Position numbers and translations under genes: made by a program. The notes under the pieces were generated by a model. The model saw only the letters and a list, made by a program, of their open reading frames with translations. It ran no database searches and was not told where the DNA came from. A stretch of DNA of 64,000 bases. Source: an uncultured Gammaproteobacteria bacterium (GTDB taxonomy: Bacteria > Patescibacteriota > Patescibacteriia > VMEV01 > CAYQCH01). Every line of letters begins with the position of its first letter. Position 1 is the first letter of the stretch. Shown here piece by piece: positions 1-9,239 of this stretch. The stretch is from positions 42,970 to 106,969 of the forward strand of contig CAYGRO010000004.1 of assembly GCA_964352335.1 (NCBI GenBank), read 5' to 3'.

Positions 1-1
1 G

Positions 2-1273
2 ATTGCTTTAGGCTGGGATTGTCCACGTGCAACAATATTAGTGCTTTTTAGACAATGGACTGATAGTAATATTACATTTTCTATTCAGACGTTGGGCAGA
101 ATTATGCGCATGCCTGAACAAAAGCATTATTCTGACGACCGATTAAACAAGGCTTATTTGTATACCAGTTTACCTGACATCGAAGCTAGGATAGAAAAGA
201 GTGATATGAAAGGCGATATTAAGCCTTATAGGAGTACCAGAATTGACTCTTATAAGCCCGTTGACCTTGTTTCATACCATTCCAAGCGTTTTCGAGAAGA
301 AACACGTCTAGCATCTGATTTTGTTCCAATATTTGCTCAAGCCTCGGATGAAATGAATCTGAAGAAAAAAGTATCATTTGACTATACTATTCCAGTTACA
401 CAACTGATTGCGAGTGGAATAATTTCTGACACGGACAAAGAGGGGCATACAATTGAGCACGACAAAACTTTAGATCTCAAAAAGAATGAAGTAGAGCTTC
501 AAAGAGCTTTTGATTTGTTTGTTAGAGAAAATCTTGCCCCATTTTACCCAGAACAACGGTCAATTAAGCGTATAAATGAATCAATTTATGCCTATTTTGG
601 TGCTAGAAGAGATGAAGACAGGTGGGCTGAAATTCAAGCAGTGGTCTTGGCTGATGAAAACAAACAAGCAGTCATTGACGCTATAACCCGTGCAAAGGAA
701 CTCTATCAAGATAAAATAGGCAGAGGAAAAAATGAGCTCGTTGAGAATGATGAACTTTGGAATATCCCTGTTTCAATGTCTTTTGACACAAGTCATCAAG
801 AAAAGAAGTATAAAAAATCTGTGATGCTACCTTATTATGCTCCACAAAAGTTGAAAGGCCCACAGCAGAAGCTTCTTGAGGAAGACAGTGCGATTGAAGT
901 TAGGTTTATTGAATATCTTGAAAAAGCAAAAGATGTGGTTTGGTGGTATAAAAATGGTTCAAGTGATGCTACCTATTTTGCGGTCCCTTATGCCGAGCAT
1001 GAAGTCGATAAGCCCTTTTATGTTGATTTCATAGTAAAAATGAAAGATGGTAAGATTGGTTTGTTCGACACTAAGGGAGGGATTACTGCAGAAACTGCAA
1101 AGTATAAAGCTGAGGGGCTTTCTAGCTACATCAAACAACAAAATAAGAAAGGAATGAAGCTTTTTGGTGGGGTAACCATTCAAGACGGCAAGAGTTGGCG
1201 ATACAATGATGCTGATGAGTACGTCTATAATCCAAACGATTTCAAAGATTGGAAAATATTGCAGATAGGATAA
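2..1273 (+). CDS. Type III restriction enzyme Res subunit, C-terminal part (5'-truncated by window)
   Basis: Frame open from nt 2 (IALGWDCPRATILVLFR); helicase motif IQTLGRIMR; C-terminal PD-(D/E)xK-like motif FYVDFIV...LFDTKG. Confidence 0.75.
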   Translation: MALGWDCPRATILVLFRQWTDSNITFSIQTLGRIMRMPEQKHYSDDRLNKAYLYTSLPDIEARIEKSDMKGDIKPYRSTRIDSYKPVDLVSYHSKRFREETRLASDFVPIFAQASDEMNLKKKVSFDYTIPVTQLIASGIISDTDKEGHTIEHDKTLDLKKNEVELQRAFDLFVRENLAPFYPEQRSIKRINESIYAYFGARRDEDRWAEIQAVVLADENKQAVIDAITRAKELYQDKIGRGKNELVENDELWNIPVSMSFDTSHQEKKYKKSVMLPYYAPQKLKGPQQKLLEEDSAIEVRFIEYLEKAKDVVWWYKNGSSDATYFAVPYAEHEVDKPFYVDFIVKMKDGKIGLFDTKGGITAETAKYKAEGLSSYIKQQNKKGMKLFGGVTIQDGKSWRYNDADEYVYNPNDFKDWKILQIG

Positions 1274-1290
1274 GTTTTAACGGTTTAACG

Positions 1291-1319
1291 ACGCTAACGG
1301 CTACAGTTAGCGTTTTTTT
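1291..1319 (+). terminator. Intrinsic terminator
   Basis: acgctaac-ggctaca-gttagcgt stem followed by a T run. Confidence 0.75.
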
Positions 1320-1363
1320 GTGTTGACGTTTGAAACGAATGATGAGAAAATTATTGCCGTAAA

Positions 1364-1514
1364 AGTCCTTTAACATGTTAGCGGGGCACGGAGAGGCCAC
1401 ATTCGCTTGGTTACTCAACCTTTAGCTCTCTCGGGAAGAATCTGAAGATCAGGTTTTTCCTGCGGGAGTCAGCTTTAAAGGTCGGGTTCCCGAATAAAGC
1501 GAATTAACTGGACT
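1364..1514 (+). ncRNA. Candidate structured leader/ncRNA upstream of YegP-like gene
   Basis: Nested stems agtcc/ggact, attcgctt/aagcgaat, accttta/taaaggt, ggaagaatctga/tcaggtttttcc; TTGACG at 1323 upstream. Confidence 0.4.
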
Positions 1515-1515
1515 G

Positions 1516-1698
1516 ATGTTTATGTTTAACAGGTTTCAAATCTATAAGGATCGTGTAGGCGGTTTCCGTTGGAGATTGCTTGCTCGAAACAATGAGATTG
1601 TTGCTGTCAGCGAAGCCTATACAACCAAGTATAGTGCCGAGCGATCAGCAAAACGTGTTAAAGCAATTGCGAATTCTGCAGTAATTAATTACTCATAG
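1516..1698 (+). CDS. YegP/DUF1508 family protein (single domain)
   Basis: FQIYKD..GGFRWRLLARNNEIVAVSEAYTTK.SAERS matches the family pattern. Confidence 0.85.
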   Translation: MFMFNRFQIYKDRVGGFRWRLLARNNEIVAVSEAYTTKYSAERSAKRVKAIANSAVINYS

Positions 1699-1720
1699 TC
1701 TCGTGATTGTTCCTCGCTAG

Positions 1721-2158
1721 CATTTTAAAGGGCTTTTCTATATTTTTATAAACGTTCTCCAAGCTTACCAGATCAAAACCTTTCAGTTCCCCTATGTCCA
1801 AGCCAAAACAATACAATACATCCTCTTCACCATCTCCATCACCCTCTTGATCACCGCTTTTCTCTATGGCCAAAAACTAGCAAAAACCCAACTAACCTCA
1901 ACCCTCCAAACAGGAACAGAGATAGAAACACAACCACAACCACTACTCACCCCAGAAGAAAGAATCAGCTCTTTATCCATCCCACTCTCCCAATCAACCC
2001 AACAACGAGCCGAGCTCTCAACCTATATCGAAAACCACCAAACCTTCTTCCTCCGCGACAAATACGAAGAAGTGATAGATGAAGTTGGGGCCAATGGGAA
2101 GAGCCATGGAAAACCCCACTCTGTGAACAAAGTGTGGAAAACCAATTATCTAGTTTAG
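1721..2158 (+). pseudogene. Headless remnant of a membrane-protein gene
   Basis: Open frame from stop at 1718-1720 to 2158; TM-like YILFTISITLLITAFLYG mostly precedes the first possible start; strongly G-depleted. Confidence 0.4.
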
Positions 2159-2279
2159 ATAAGCCTTTTGATTTATATCTATAGTCGACCCTGCACCTTT
2201 TTCATTCTCTAAAACTGTGCTATTGTACTTAAAGATAGCGCCGTCCAACAAGATACGGCGTTATTTTTATATCTACTTT

Positions 2280-4463
2280 ATGTCAGAAAATACCACGAGT
2301 TTAGAAACCGTTTTAAAAACCTATTTTGGGTATGATTCTTTTCGATCACATCAAAAAGAAATCATTGAATCGGTCCTAAAAAAACAAGATAGCATTGTCC
2401 TCATGCCAACCGGGGGAGGGAAATCGCTTTGTTTTCAATTACCAGCTTTATGCTTGCCGGGTTTAACATTGGTTGTCTCTCCATTGATTGCGCTCATGAA
2501 AGACCAAGTAGATTCTTTAAATGCCAATGGAATTCCAGCTGTTGCCATGACAAGCGCTATCGATTTTGATGAATTAAAAACTATTGAGCGCGATTTAATC
2601 GATGGGCAATACAAATTACTGTATATTGCTCCCGAACGATTAAAAAACTTTTACTTTCGAGAATTTTTGCAAAGAGTTTCTGTCAGCTTAATCGCTATTG
2701 ACGAAGCCCATTGTATTTCCGATTGGGGACATGACTTTCGACCAGATTACAGAAACCTTAAAGAATTACGGCTTTCGTATGCAAAAATTCCTTGTATCGC
2801 TTTAACGGCAACCGCGACACCTCAAGTACTGGCTGATATTGAACAACAACTTTGTTTAGAAAATGCCAATACCTTTGTAACAAGTTTTAATCGAGAAAAC
2901 TTGTCATACCATATTCATTCTAAAGACCAGCAATTTGATAAATTACTTCATTATCTTAAAAAGCATGAAGACGGATCAACAGTGATCTATCGATTTTCTC
3001 GGAAAGGAACAGAAAGTTTGGCCAAAGATTTACGTGCTGCTGGCTACCGAGCAGGTATTTACCATGCAGGTTTGTCTAGCGATGACCGAAGAAAGGTTCA
3101 AGATGCTTTTATTAAAGACGATTTACAAATAATGGTGGCAACCATTGCTTTTGGTATGGGAATCGACAAACCAGATGTACGGCTTGTTGTCCATTATGAA
3201 ATGCCCAAAAGCGTAGAAGGCTATTTCCAAGAAACTGGTCGTGCGGGCCGAGACGGTTTGCCTAGTGAATGTATTCTCTTTTACTCACCGGGAGATATTT
3301 ATAAACAGAAGTTTTTTATTAATCGGATTACCTTAGAAAAAGAAAAACAACAAGCCCAAAAAAAGTTAGACGAAGTTGCGCAATATTGTGAACTCACCAG
3401 TTGTCGACGTAAATTTTTATTAAACTATTTTGGCGAAGACTATAACCAAGAGAATTGTGAAAATTGCGATAGCTGTTTACATCCAAAAGAGCTGGTCGAT
3501 ATGACGGAATTAGCCAAACATCTTATCCAAACCATTGCAGAATCTGGACAAAGATGGGGAATGGCGCAAATTACGCATATGGCCAAAGGTTCAAAACGTA
3601 AATCGATTAAAGATGCAGGTTTGGACCAATTAAAAAAATTTGGTTGTGCCAGTAATTATTCGCCCAATGAAATTAAATACTATTTAGAACAAATGCTTCG
3701 TAATGGGTATTTACGTAAAACAACAGGGGAGTATCCGGTTATTATGCTTACTCTAAAAAGCAAAGAAGTCTTTACAAAAAATGAACCTGTGCGGTTATTG
3801 CCACTCGAGCAACAAATCGTTGTAGAGTCACCAAAACCAGAAATTTTGCTCGATTATGACCGAAGATTATTCGCTTTATTAAAAGCTTTAAGAAAAGCGA
3901 TTGCCGAAGAAAAAAATGTCCCGCCTTTTATTATTTTTGGCGATACAACTTTAATCGAGATGGCGACTTATTATCCAAAATCTAAAGAAAGTTTATTTAA
4001 GATTAAAGGGGTGGGAGAAGAAAAATTACAAGAATTTGGGGGAGAATTTTTACAATGTATTGCTACTTATACCGAAGCAGAAGATCTACAAGAACAACCA
4101 ATCCCCACAAGGTCAACAACGACCACAACTTCAAGAAAGAAGAAAAAAACACTTGGTGCATCTCACTTAGAAACAAAAGAACTAATCGAATCTGGTTTAT
4201 CTGTGGCCAAAGTGGCGAAGAAAAAAGGGATAGCCGAAAAAACGGTTGTTGCTCATTTAGAAGATTTCATCAAAAGGGGAGAAGATCTTTCTTTTGATCA
4301 TCTAAAAAAGGATGTGCCAAATTTAGAGAGCATTCAATCAGCATTTACCGAATCAGGAAGTCATTTATTAAAACCAGTGTATTTAGCCCTAGACGAAGCT
4401 ATTAGCTATGAAGAAATTCGCATTGCTAGACTTTTTACGCTAAAATTAGGGCAAGAGAACTAA
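2280..4463 (+). CDS. recQ: ATP-dependent DNA helicase RecQ
   Basis: MPTGGGKS, DEAHCISDWGHDFRP, QETGRAGRDG, Zn-binding Cys, RQC and HRDC regions; ATG 2280 preferred. Confidence 0.97.
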   Translation: MSENTTSLETVLKTYFGYDSFRSHQKEIIESVLKKQDSIVLMPTGGGKSLCFQLPALCLPGLTLVVSPLIALMKDQVDSLNANGIPAVAMTSAIDFDELKTIERDLIDGQYKLLYIAPERLKNFYFREFLQRVSVSLIAIDEAHCISDWGHDFRPDYRNLKELRLSYAKIPCIALTATATPQVLADIEQQLCLENANTFVTSFNRENLSYHIHSKDQQFDKLLHYLKKHEDGSTVIYRFSRKGTESLAKDLRAAGYRAGIYHAGLSSDDRRKVQDAFIKDDLQIMVATIAFGMGIDKPDVRLVVHYEMPKSVEGYFQETGRAGRDGLPSECILFYSPGDIYKQKFFINRITLEKEKQQAQKKLDEVAQYCELTSCRRKFLLNYFGEDYNQENCENCDSCLHPKELVDMTELAKHLIQTIAESGQRWGMAQITHMAKGSKRKSIKDAGLDQLKKFGCASNYSPNEIKYYLEQMLRNGYLRKTTGEYPVIMLTLKSKEVFTKNEPVRLLPLEQQIVVESPKPEILLDYDRRLFALLKALRKAIAEEKNVPPFIIFGDTTLIEMATYYPKSKESLFKIKGVGEEKLQEFGGEFLQCIATYTEAEDLQEQPIPTRSTTTTTSRKKKKTLGASHLETKELIESGLSVAKVAKKKGIAEKTVVAHLEDFIKRGEDLSFDHLKKDVPNLESIQSAFTESGSHLLKPVYLALDEAISYEEIRIARLFTLKLGQEN

Positions 4464-4479
4464 GTTAGTAGATAATTCT

Positions 4480-4683
4480 ATGCAAGATAAACATCAAAGA
4501 AGTTTGGTAAAAGCACTAACATGGCGTGTTATTGCATCTTTAACAACAATGGTGCTTGTCTATATTTTTACAAAAGAATGGAAATTAAGTCTTGGTATTG
4601 GTGTATTAGATGTGAGTATCAAACTTCTTTTTTACTATTTACACGAAAGAGGTTGGAATAAAATTAAGTGGGGGAAGCATTAA
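4480..4683 (+). CDS. DUF2061 family small membrane protein
   Basis: RSLVKALTWR...YYLHERGWNKIKWG. Confidence 0.85.
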   Translation: MQDKHQRSLVKALTWRVIASLTTMVLVYIFTKEWKLSLGIGVLDVSIKLLFYYLHERGWNKIKWGKH

Positions 4684-4701
4684 TTGTTTAGACTATTTCA
4701 T

Positions 4702-5184
4702 ATGAAAAAAGCGTATTTTGCCGGAGGGTGTTTTTGGGGGCTAGAAGAATTATTTCGTGAACAACCAGGTGTACTTGCAACCGAGGCTGGGTATACAGGA
4801 GGAGAGAATGAAGACCCAACTTACGAAAACCACCCAGGACATGCGGAGTCACTTGAAATTGAATATGATCCAGCAAAAATTAGTTATAAACAACTTTTAG
4901 ATTTTTTCTTTCGAGTTCACAATCCAACCACATTAAACCAACAAGGAAATGACAAGGGAACCGCTTATCGTTCGGCTATTTTTTTCCAAGACGAAGAAGA
5001 AAAAAAAGAAGCCGAAGATTTTATTAAACTGGTTGATGAATCTAAACGTTGGGAAAACCCTGTGGTAACAACCTTGGAACCTTTCACACAATTTTATCAA
5101 GCCGAAGACTATCACCAAGATTATTTGCAAAAAAATCCGGGTGGATATACTTGCCATGCGATTAGATTCGAAAGTTATTTATAG
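4702..5184 (+). CDS. msrA: Peptide-methionine (S)-S-oxide reductase
   Basis: FAGGCFWG, AEDYHQDY; ATG 4702. Confidence 0.97.
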   Translation: MKKAYFAGGCFWGLEELFREQPGVLATEAGYTGGENEDPTYENHPGHAESLEIEYDPAKISYKQLLDFFFRVHNPTTLNQQGNDKGTAYRSAIFFQDEEEKKEAEDFIKLVDESKRWENPVVTTLEPFTQFYQAEDYHQDYLQKNPGGYTCHAIRFESYL

Positions 5185-5189
5185 TCAGT

Positions 5190-6179
5190 ATGCAATATCC
5201 AAAAACGCTCAATCAGTTTTTATTTGAACACCTCAAAAATCGCCAAGACAAACAAGATCTCATTTTAATGATTTCAGATCTTGCAACCATTGGAAAAATG
5301 ATTTCTGCTAAAACGAATCGAGCAGGGATTATTGATTTACTCGGTTCTACATCAAAAGAAAATATTCAAGGAGAAGATGTGCAAAAATTAGATGAATATA
5401 CCAATGAACTTTGCAAAGAATATTTGCAACAAACCGAACACTTTGCCGCCATGGCTTCGGAAGAAGATGAACATATTGTCGATTTAGAAAATCATGGAGC
5501 ATCGTCAAACTATATCATCGCTTTTGATCCACTAGATGGTTCTTCAAATATAGATGTAAATGCCAGTGTGGGGACAATTTTTTCTATTCATACATTGTTA
5601 AAAGATCTCGAGCGCAATGACGAAAAACAATTTTTCCAAAAAGGACGAGACCAAGTACTCGCTGGGTATTTTGTTTATGGCACCAGTACCCAATTTGTTT
5701 TCTCTGTCGGAAACGGCGTACATGAATTTGTGCTCGACCAAGATATTGGTGAATTCTTTTTAGCCAAAAGCTTTATCCAAATTCCAGATGCCCCAACCTA
5801 TTACAGTATGAATGAAGCTTATTTGCCCTATATGGCTTCTAGTGACCAAAACTATATCAACTGGTTAAAAGCTACTTATAACCCCAAATCTCGTTATATA
5901 GGCTCATTAATCGCCGATTTTTACCGCAATATGATTAAAGGCGGGGTCTATCTTTATCCAGGCTTCGATAAAGAGGGAAATGGCGAGTATCTGCCTAAAT
6001 TACGCCTAAACCATGAATGCAAAGCCATCGCCTTTTTAGCAGAACAAGCAGGCGGACTAGCCATTGACGGTAATCAACCAATTCTTGATATACTACCGAC
6101 ATCACTTCATCAAAGAATTCCACTTTATGTGGGAAATAAGTCTTTAATTGAATCATATTTAAACAAAGCTTATGAATAA
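5190..6179 (+). CDS. fbp: Class I fructose-1,6-bisphosphatase
   Basis: GEDVQKLD, FDPLDGSSNIDVN, RYIGSLIAD. Confidence 0.95.
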   Translation: MQYPKTLNQFLFEHLKNRQDKQDLILMISDLATIGKMISAKTNRAGIIDLLGSTSKENIQGEDVQKLDEYTNELCKEYLQQTEHFAAMASEEDEHIVDLENHGASSNYIIAFDPLDGSSNIDVNASVGTIFSIHTLLKDLERNDEKQFFQKGRDQVLAGYFVYGTSTQFVFSVGNGVHEFVLDQDIGEFFLAKSFIQIPDAPTYYSMNEAYLPYMASSDQNYINWLKATYNPKSRYIGSLIADFYRNMIKGGVYLYPGFDKEGNGEYLPKLRLNHECKAIAFLAEQAGGLAIDGNQPILDILPTSLHQRIPLYVGNKSLIESYLNKAYE

Positions 6180-7185
6180 AGAATTACTTCATACAATAGC
6201 CAAACAACTCGTTGAGCCAGGAAAAGGAATCCTTGCGATTGATGAAAGCCATGGAACCTGTAAAAAACGTTTTGATGCTTTAGGAGTAGAATGTACAGAA
6301 GAAACACGAAGATTATACCGACAATTACTTGTAACTACTCCCAAAATTGAAGAATCAGTGAGTGGGTATATTCTTTTTGATGAAACGATTCGGCAAAAAA
6401 CAGATAATGGAATTTCATTTCCAGAAATACTGAGAACAAAAGGAGTTTTACCTGGGATTAAAGTTGATGAAGGAAAGATTCAGTTGTCAGATGATTCAGA
6501 AGAAACAGTTACCCAAGGTTTAGAAGGTTTATCAAATCGACTAGAAGAATATAAAACACTTGGCGCAAAATTTGCTAAATGGCGAGCTGCGTTTATTGTT
6601 TCAGAAACTTTACCGAGCGAAGAAGCGATTACACAAAATTGTAAAGCGCTCGCACATTATGCAAAGACCTGCCAAGAAGCAGATATTGTACCAATGGTAG
6701 AACCAGAAGTATTAATAGACGGGAATCATTCAATAGATAGATCAGAAGAAGTAACGGTTCATATTTGGAATAAACTTTTTGAGGCATTAAAGGAAGAAGA
6801 AGTGTATCTTCCTGGTTGTTTATTAAAAACCAGTATGATTATTTCTGGAAAAGATGCACCAAACCGTGCAAGCAGAGAAGAAGTAGCCAAAAGAACCGTT
6901 GATGCATTAAAAGCAAATATCCCTGCAGAATTAGCGGGAGTTGTATTCCTCTCTGGTGGACAAGGAGATGTAGAAGCAACTGAGCATTTAAATTTAATCA
7001 ATCAAGAAAAAGATCTACCTTGGCCATTAACATTTTCTTATGGTCGTTCTATTCAAAGACCGGCCTTAGATATTTGGGCAAAAAATATGCAACAAGTTGA
7101 AGAAGCACAAATGGCATTATTGCATCGCGCAAATGCAAATGCGCTTGCGAGTAAAGGGGAGTATAGTTCTCACTTTGAAAAATAA
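6172..7185 (+). CDS. Class I fructose-bisphosphate aldolase (eukaryote-like type)
   Basis: GKGILAIDES, FAKWRA, VPMVEPEV, FLSGGQ, LTFSYGR. Confidence 0.95.
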   Translation: MNKELLHTIAKQLVEPGKGILAIDESHGTCKKRFDALGVECTEETRRLYRQLLVTTPKIEESVSGYILFDETIRQKTDNGISFPEILRTKGVLPGIKVDEGKIQLSDDSEETVTQGLEGLSNRLEEYKTLGAKFAKWRAAFIVSETLPSEEAITQNCKALAHYAKTCQEADIVPMVEPEVLIDGNHSIDRSEEVTVHIWNKLFEALKEEEVYLPGCLLKTSMIISGKDAPNRASREEVAKRTVDALKANIPAELAGVVFLSGGQGDVEATEHLNLINQEKDLPWPLTFSYGRSIQRPALDIWAKNMQQVEEAQMALLHRANANALASKGEYSSHFEK

Positions 7186-7192
7186 ATTGATC

Positions 7193-7224
7193 AAAAAAAC
7201 AGAGTTACTTACTCTGTTTTTTTT
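7193..7224 (+). terminator. Intrinsic terminator
   Basis: aaaaaaacagagt-tactt-actctgttttttt. Confidence 0.8.
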
Positions 7225-7324
7225 GTTTTCCACATATAAAATTTTCTTCACGATAAGGAGTGTGCAATAATAGAGTTGTGTCACAGTCGACACTTCAATA
7301 TAAACCCGAACATGGAGAAATGAT

Positions 7325-8002
7325 ATGTATCCTGAAGAGGAAGTATCAGTTAGTCAGTCTCCTGCTCGGGAGATTGCAGAAAACAAGCCGACCACTGGTC
7401 GCACGAGTCGTGAACTTTTTAAGATCGAGGATCAGCTTCGGTCGGTCTATGACTCGCACCTTAAGCCCTTACTGTTTTTGGAGCCGCAAGTTGTGCGCAA
7501 TGCGCTGGCTCGCAATGGGGTCTTTCTTAGGGATGACCCCGAAGAGGCTCTTCCATTTAGCCACTATGGTTACTATGCCGCAGAAGGCGTTGACCTACCT
7601 ATGTGGTCACATGGTGACAAGCAGTATGACCAGGTTTTGGAGTGCCCTCGACTACTAATCGCTAGCAGGATTCCCTCACAGAAGGAATTTCCTTTTTGGG
7701 GGGCAGCGAAGACGGCAAGTGATCTGGGAAACAAAGAAGGCGTAGCAGAGTTTTTTCATCAAGGTGGCTCCATGCTCTTGGTGACATTAGCTGCATCAGG
7801 TGAGCTCATCTGGGATTGGTCAGACATTGACTCTATTCCCGGTGGTAGTTTCCATGGGCGTCTCGTGCCTGTGAAGTACAGCATTTACGAGTTGTTTCAT
7901 CCTCAATACGGGATTATCACTCGTTTACTCAATACTGTGCGTGGAGTTCAAGACCCACCCACAGAGAAGATCAGTGCTCGCTTCGAGCGATTTTTCTTCT
8001 AA
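7325..8002 (+). CDS. Hypothetical protein (GC-richer orphan)
   Basis: 225-aa ORF with ggag SD upstream; no recognisable motif. Confidence 0.6.
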   Translation: MYPEEEVSVSQSPAREIAENKPTTGRTSRELFKIEDQLRSVYDSHLKPLLFLEPQVVRNALARNGVFLRDDPEEALPFSHYGYYAAEGVDLPMWSHGDKQYDQVLECPRLLIASRIPSQKEFPFWGAAKTASDLGNKEGVAEFFHQGGSMLLVTLAASGELIWDWSDIDSIPGGSFHGRLVPVKYSIYELFHPQYGIITRLLNTVRGVQDPPTEKISARFERFFF

Positions 8003-8084
8003 CCGACAGTCACGCTTCCAAGCTAACACTCGTCGGTTATACCTTATATAAAAATTTTACCAGCCAAATTATTGTTTGAGGTAT

Positions 8085-8119
8085 AATAAAAATCTTCAGC
8101 CTAGCTGAAGATTTTTATT
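8085..8119. terminator. Bidirectional terminator between convergent genes
   Basis: aataaaaatcttcagc-cta-gctgaagatttttatt. Confidence 0.8.
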
Positions 8120-8128
8120 TTGCTTAAT

Positions 8129-9121
8129 TTAGAGTTGTTTTAAAATTGCTTCTACTTTTTCTACGGATTCTACTTGCATCAATTCAGATCTCGCTTTACT
8201 TGCATTGGGAAATCCTTTGATATACCAACCTAAATGTTTTCTCAATTCCATCATTCCATGATTTCCTTTTTGTTCAAACATCATTTTTGTATGGTTAATC
8301 ACAGTAGACTTTACATACTCCCAATCTGGTTCTTTGTATGTTCCTGTTTGAATATAGTCTTTCATTTGTTGCATAAGCCAGGGTTTTCCCATAACTCCTC
8401 GCCCAATACCAACACCGTCAACACCTGTTTGTTCTAAGACTTCTTTTGCTCGTTCTGGAGTTGTAATTCCACCATTAACTAAAACAATTCGTTCACCAAC
8501 AATTTCTTTAACGCGTTTAATTTGTTCAATATCTAAATCTCCAATAAAACCTTGTTCATAGGTTCGGCCATGAATCATAACCGCTTTAAAATCTAAATCT
8601 TGAATTCTTTCCATCATTTGTACAGCTGTCATTTTTTCCACATCATAAGCATCTCGCCGTTCTTGGTCAGCAAGTTTCATATTAATCCCAGCTCGAATTT
8701 TAATCGACGTAGGGATTGTTTTTGCACCTTCAATTGTTGCTTTTACAATGTCATAAACACGATCCAAATCCGTCATCAGCTTCACCCCAGATCCATGTTT
8801 GACCACACGTTTAGAAGGGCAACCAAAGTTAATATCAACACCATCTGCCCCCATTTGTTCAACAACACTTGCACCATTTTTAAATAATTCAGGGTCTTTC
8901 CCAAAGATTTGGCAAACATAGGGACGTTGTTCTTCGGTAAAATCCATTTGTTTTTTCATTTTTTTAAAGGCATGGAAAATACCGTCAACAGAAACAAATT
9001 CAGAATACACAACATCCGCACCATTCAATTTAAGAACGCTACGAAAAGCTTTATCCGTTACACCATCCATTGGAGCAACAGCAAAAATAGGTTTTGGCAA
9101 TTTTTCCCAAAAGTTATTCAT
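8129..9121 (-). CDS. dusB: tRNA-dihydrouridine synthase (DusB-like)
   Basis: APMDGVTD, DINFGCP, MIHGRT, GIGRG. Confidence 0.9.
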   Translation of the reverse strand: MNNFWEKLPKPIFAVAPMDGVTDKAFRSVLKLNGADVVYSEFVSVDGIFHAFKKMKKQMDFTEEQRPYVCQIFGKDPELFKNGASVVEQMGADGVDINFGCPSKRVVKHGSGVKLMTDLDRVYDIVKATIEGAKTIPTSIKIRAGINMKLADQERRDAYDVEKMTAVQMMERIQDLDFKAVMIHGRTYEQGFIGDLDIEQIKRVKEIVGERIVLVNGGITTPERAKEVLEQTGVDGVGIGRGVMGKPWLMQQMKDYIQTGTYKEPDWEYVKSTVINHTKMMFEQKGNHGMMELRKHLGWYIKGFPNASKARSELMQVESVEKVEAILKQL

Positions 9122-9176
9122 ATCAAAAGAATATAACAGAAAAACAGCTGTTTTTCAAGCTTGGATGTCGATATCA

Positions 9177-9210
9177 ACCTCTCCTCCTAGGAAAGGGTCG
9201 GGGAGAGGTA
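9177..9210. repeat. Truncated GC-rich palindromic element
   Basis: acctctcc...gggtcggggagaggt; resembles right end of 54348-54450. Confidence 0.5.
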
Positions 9211-9239
9211 AATGAGAAGTATTATCTCAAATCTGTCCC

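Noticed and set aside
2121-2141. oriC from DnaA-box-like 9-mers (also 7227, 27129, 57612)
   Set aside because: Scattered and imperfect; no cluster, no dnaA/dnaN nearby.
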